Shown in pieces: positions 63,007 through 64,000 of a stretch of DNA of 64,000 bases. Under the pieces are notes generated by a model. The model searched no databases. It had not been told where the DNA came from and worked only from the letters and a program-made list of their open reading frames with translations. Position 1 is the stretch's first letter. Every line of letters starts with the position of its first letter. The position numbers were made by a program, and so were the translations under genes. This DNA comes from Spirochaetota bacterium (GTDB taxonomy: Bacteria; Spirochaetota; UBA4802; JAFGDQ01), in NCBI GenBank assembly GCA_043803405.1, contig JAZDKB010000016.1, positions 59,634-123,633 of the forward strand. The letters are read 5' to 3'.

Positions 63007-63477
63007 TTACCATTTATAATGAGCGAACGCCTTATTGGCATCTGCCATTTTATGAGTATCTTCTTTCTTTTTAATTGAAGTACCGGTATTATTATATGCG
63101 TCCATTAACTCGCCGGCCAGACGTTGGTACATCGTCTTTTCAGCTCTGGATCTTGAATTACTAATCAGCCATCTGATCCCTAACGCCTGTCGTCTCTCCG
63201 GCCTAATATCCACCGGGATCTGATAAGTAGCACCGCCAACGCGTCTTGATCTGACTTCAACAAGAGGTTTTACATTCTCAAGAGCCTGGGTAAAAACTTC
63301 AAGAGCATCTTTGTTTGTTTTCGACTTCATAATGTCCATTGCCTTGTAAAGTGCTGTTTCAGAAACTCCTTTTTTGCCTTCGAACATCATACAGTTTACA
63401 AATTTGGCAATCAATTCACTTCCATATTTCGGATCAGGCAGAACTGTCCTCTTTATTGCTCGTCTCCTTCGCGACAT
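63007..63477 (-). CDS. rpsG: 30S ribosomal protein uS7
   Basis: [23 protein letters not shown]. Confidence 0.98.
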   Translation of the reverse strand: MSRRRRAIKRTVLPDPKYGSELIAKFVNCMMFEGKKGVSETALYKAMDIMKSKTNKDALEVFTQALENVKPLVEVRSRRVGGATYQIPVDIRPERRQALGIRWLISNSRSRAEKTMYQRLAGELMDAYNNTGTSIKKKEDTHKMADANKAFAHYKW

Positions 63478-63533
63478 TTGTTACTCCTATATTTAAAAAA
63501 TGATTATATTTATCATATGCGATTAATTTCGAA

Positions 63534-63908
63534 TTATGCCTTCGGTCTTTTTGCACCATATTTAGATCTGCCACGTTTTCTGCCGTCAACACCAAGCGTA
63601 TCAAGCGCTCCACGCAGAATATGGTAACGGACGCCGGGAAGGTCTTTTACTCTCCCGCCTCTTACCAGTACCGCCGAGTGTTCCTGAAGATTGTGCCCTA
63701 CACCTGGAATATATGCCGTTACTTCAATGCCGTTTGTCAATCTGACTCTTGCAACTTTTCTTAACGCCGAATTAGGCTTTTTGGGGGTTACTGTCATTAC
63801 CCTTGTACAAACACCTCTTTTCTGCGGGCAACTTTCAAGCGCCGGTGATTTTGATTTTTTCTTTTTTGATTCTCTTCCAAATCTTACTAATTGATTTATT
63901 GTTGGCAT
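63534..63908 (-). CDS. rpsL: 30S ribosomal protein uS12
   Basis: [23 protein letters not shown]. Confidence 0.99.
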   Translation of the reverse strand: MPTINQLVRFGRESKKKKSKSPALESCPQKRGVCTRVMTVTPKKPNSALRKVARVRLTNGIEVTAYIPGVGHNLQEHSAVLVRGGRVKDLPGVRYHILRGALDTLGVDGRKRGRSKYGAKRPKA

Positions 63909-64000
63909 TTTAATTCCTTTATTTAATTTTAGTTGTTTATTTAAACTGAATTATCACTGTAATTGTCAAGAATTTTAAATTTTTTTAACTATAATTATAT

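Noticed and set aside
1..64000. Many short antisense or overlapping ORFs in the track (e.g. 15779-16456 +, 23295-24005 +, 31859-32401 -)
   Set aside because: Shadows of well-supported genes on the opposite strand or another frame; no recognisable motifs.
1..64000. CRISPR array, tRNA, rRNA, transposase or integrase
   Set aside because: No spaced direct repeats, cloverleafs or recombinase motifs seen by eye; a tRNAscan/cmscan run would be needed to be sure.

Overview
AT-rich, mostly core-genome window. It most likely comes from a free-living Spirochaetota bacterium of, or sister to, the Leptospirae; this rests on recalled signatures (uL14 insertion, alpha-CTD, uS12 tail, EF-Tu backbone, cheW-cheA-cheB-cheY-scpA-scpB-cmk-rpsA order), not a database search. 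Layout: (1) 1-25.3 kb, mostly minus-strand housekeeping genes: NHL/TPR protein, uvrA, LptD-like, aroB, rnc, acpP, rpmF, rpsA, cmk, scpAB, and a first che cluster whose CheA carries a fused CheC-like domain. (2) About 26.9-41.2 kb, an accessory signalling block: His-less REC-HATPase, a second che cluster, a two-subunit CoA-transferase, and a FIST-kinase-REC-REC operon. (3) rel and maf. (4) A str-S10-spc-alpha superoperon lacking adk, including an rpmJ missed by the ORF track. No rRNA, tRNA, CRISPR array, integrase or transposase was seen. Most notable: an EF-Tu with a rewritten switch I next to an EF-G lacking translocation loops, a CheA-CheC fusion, a 124-bp inverted-repeat element with two CAGGAUG hairpins, and an orphan, catalytically degenerate ABC ATPase.
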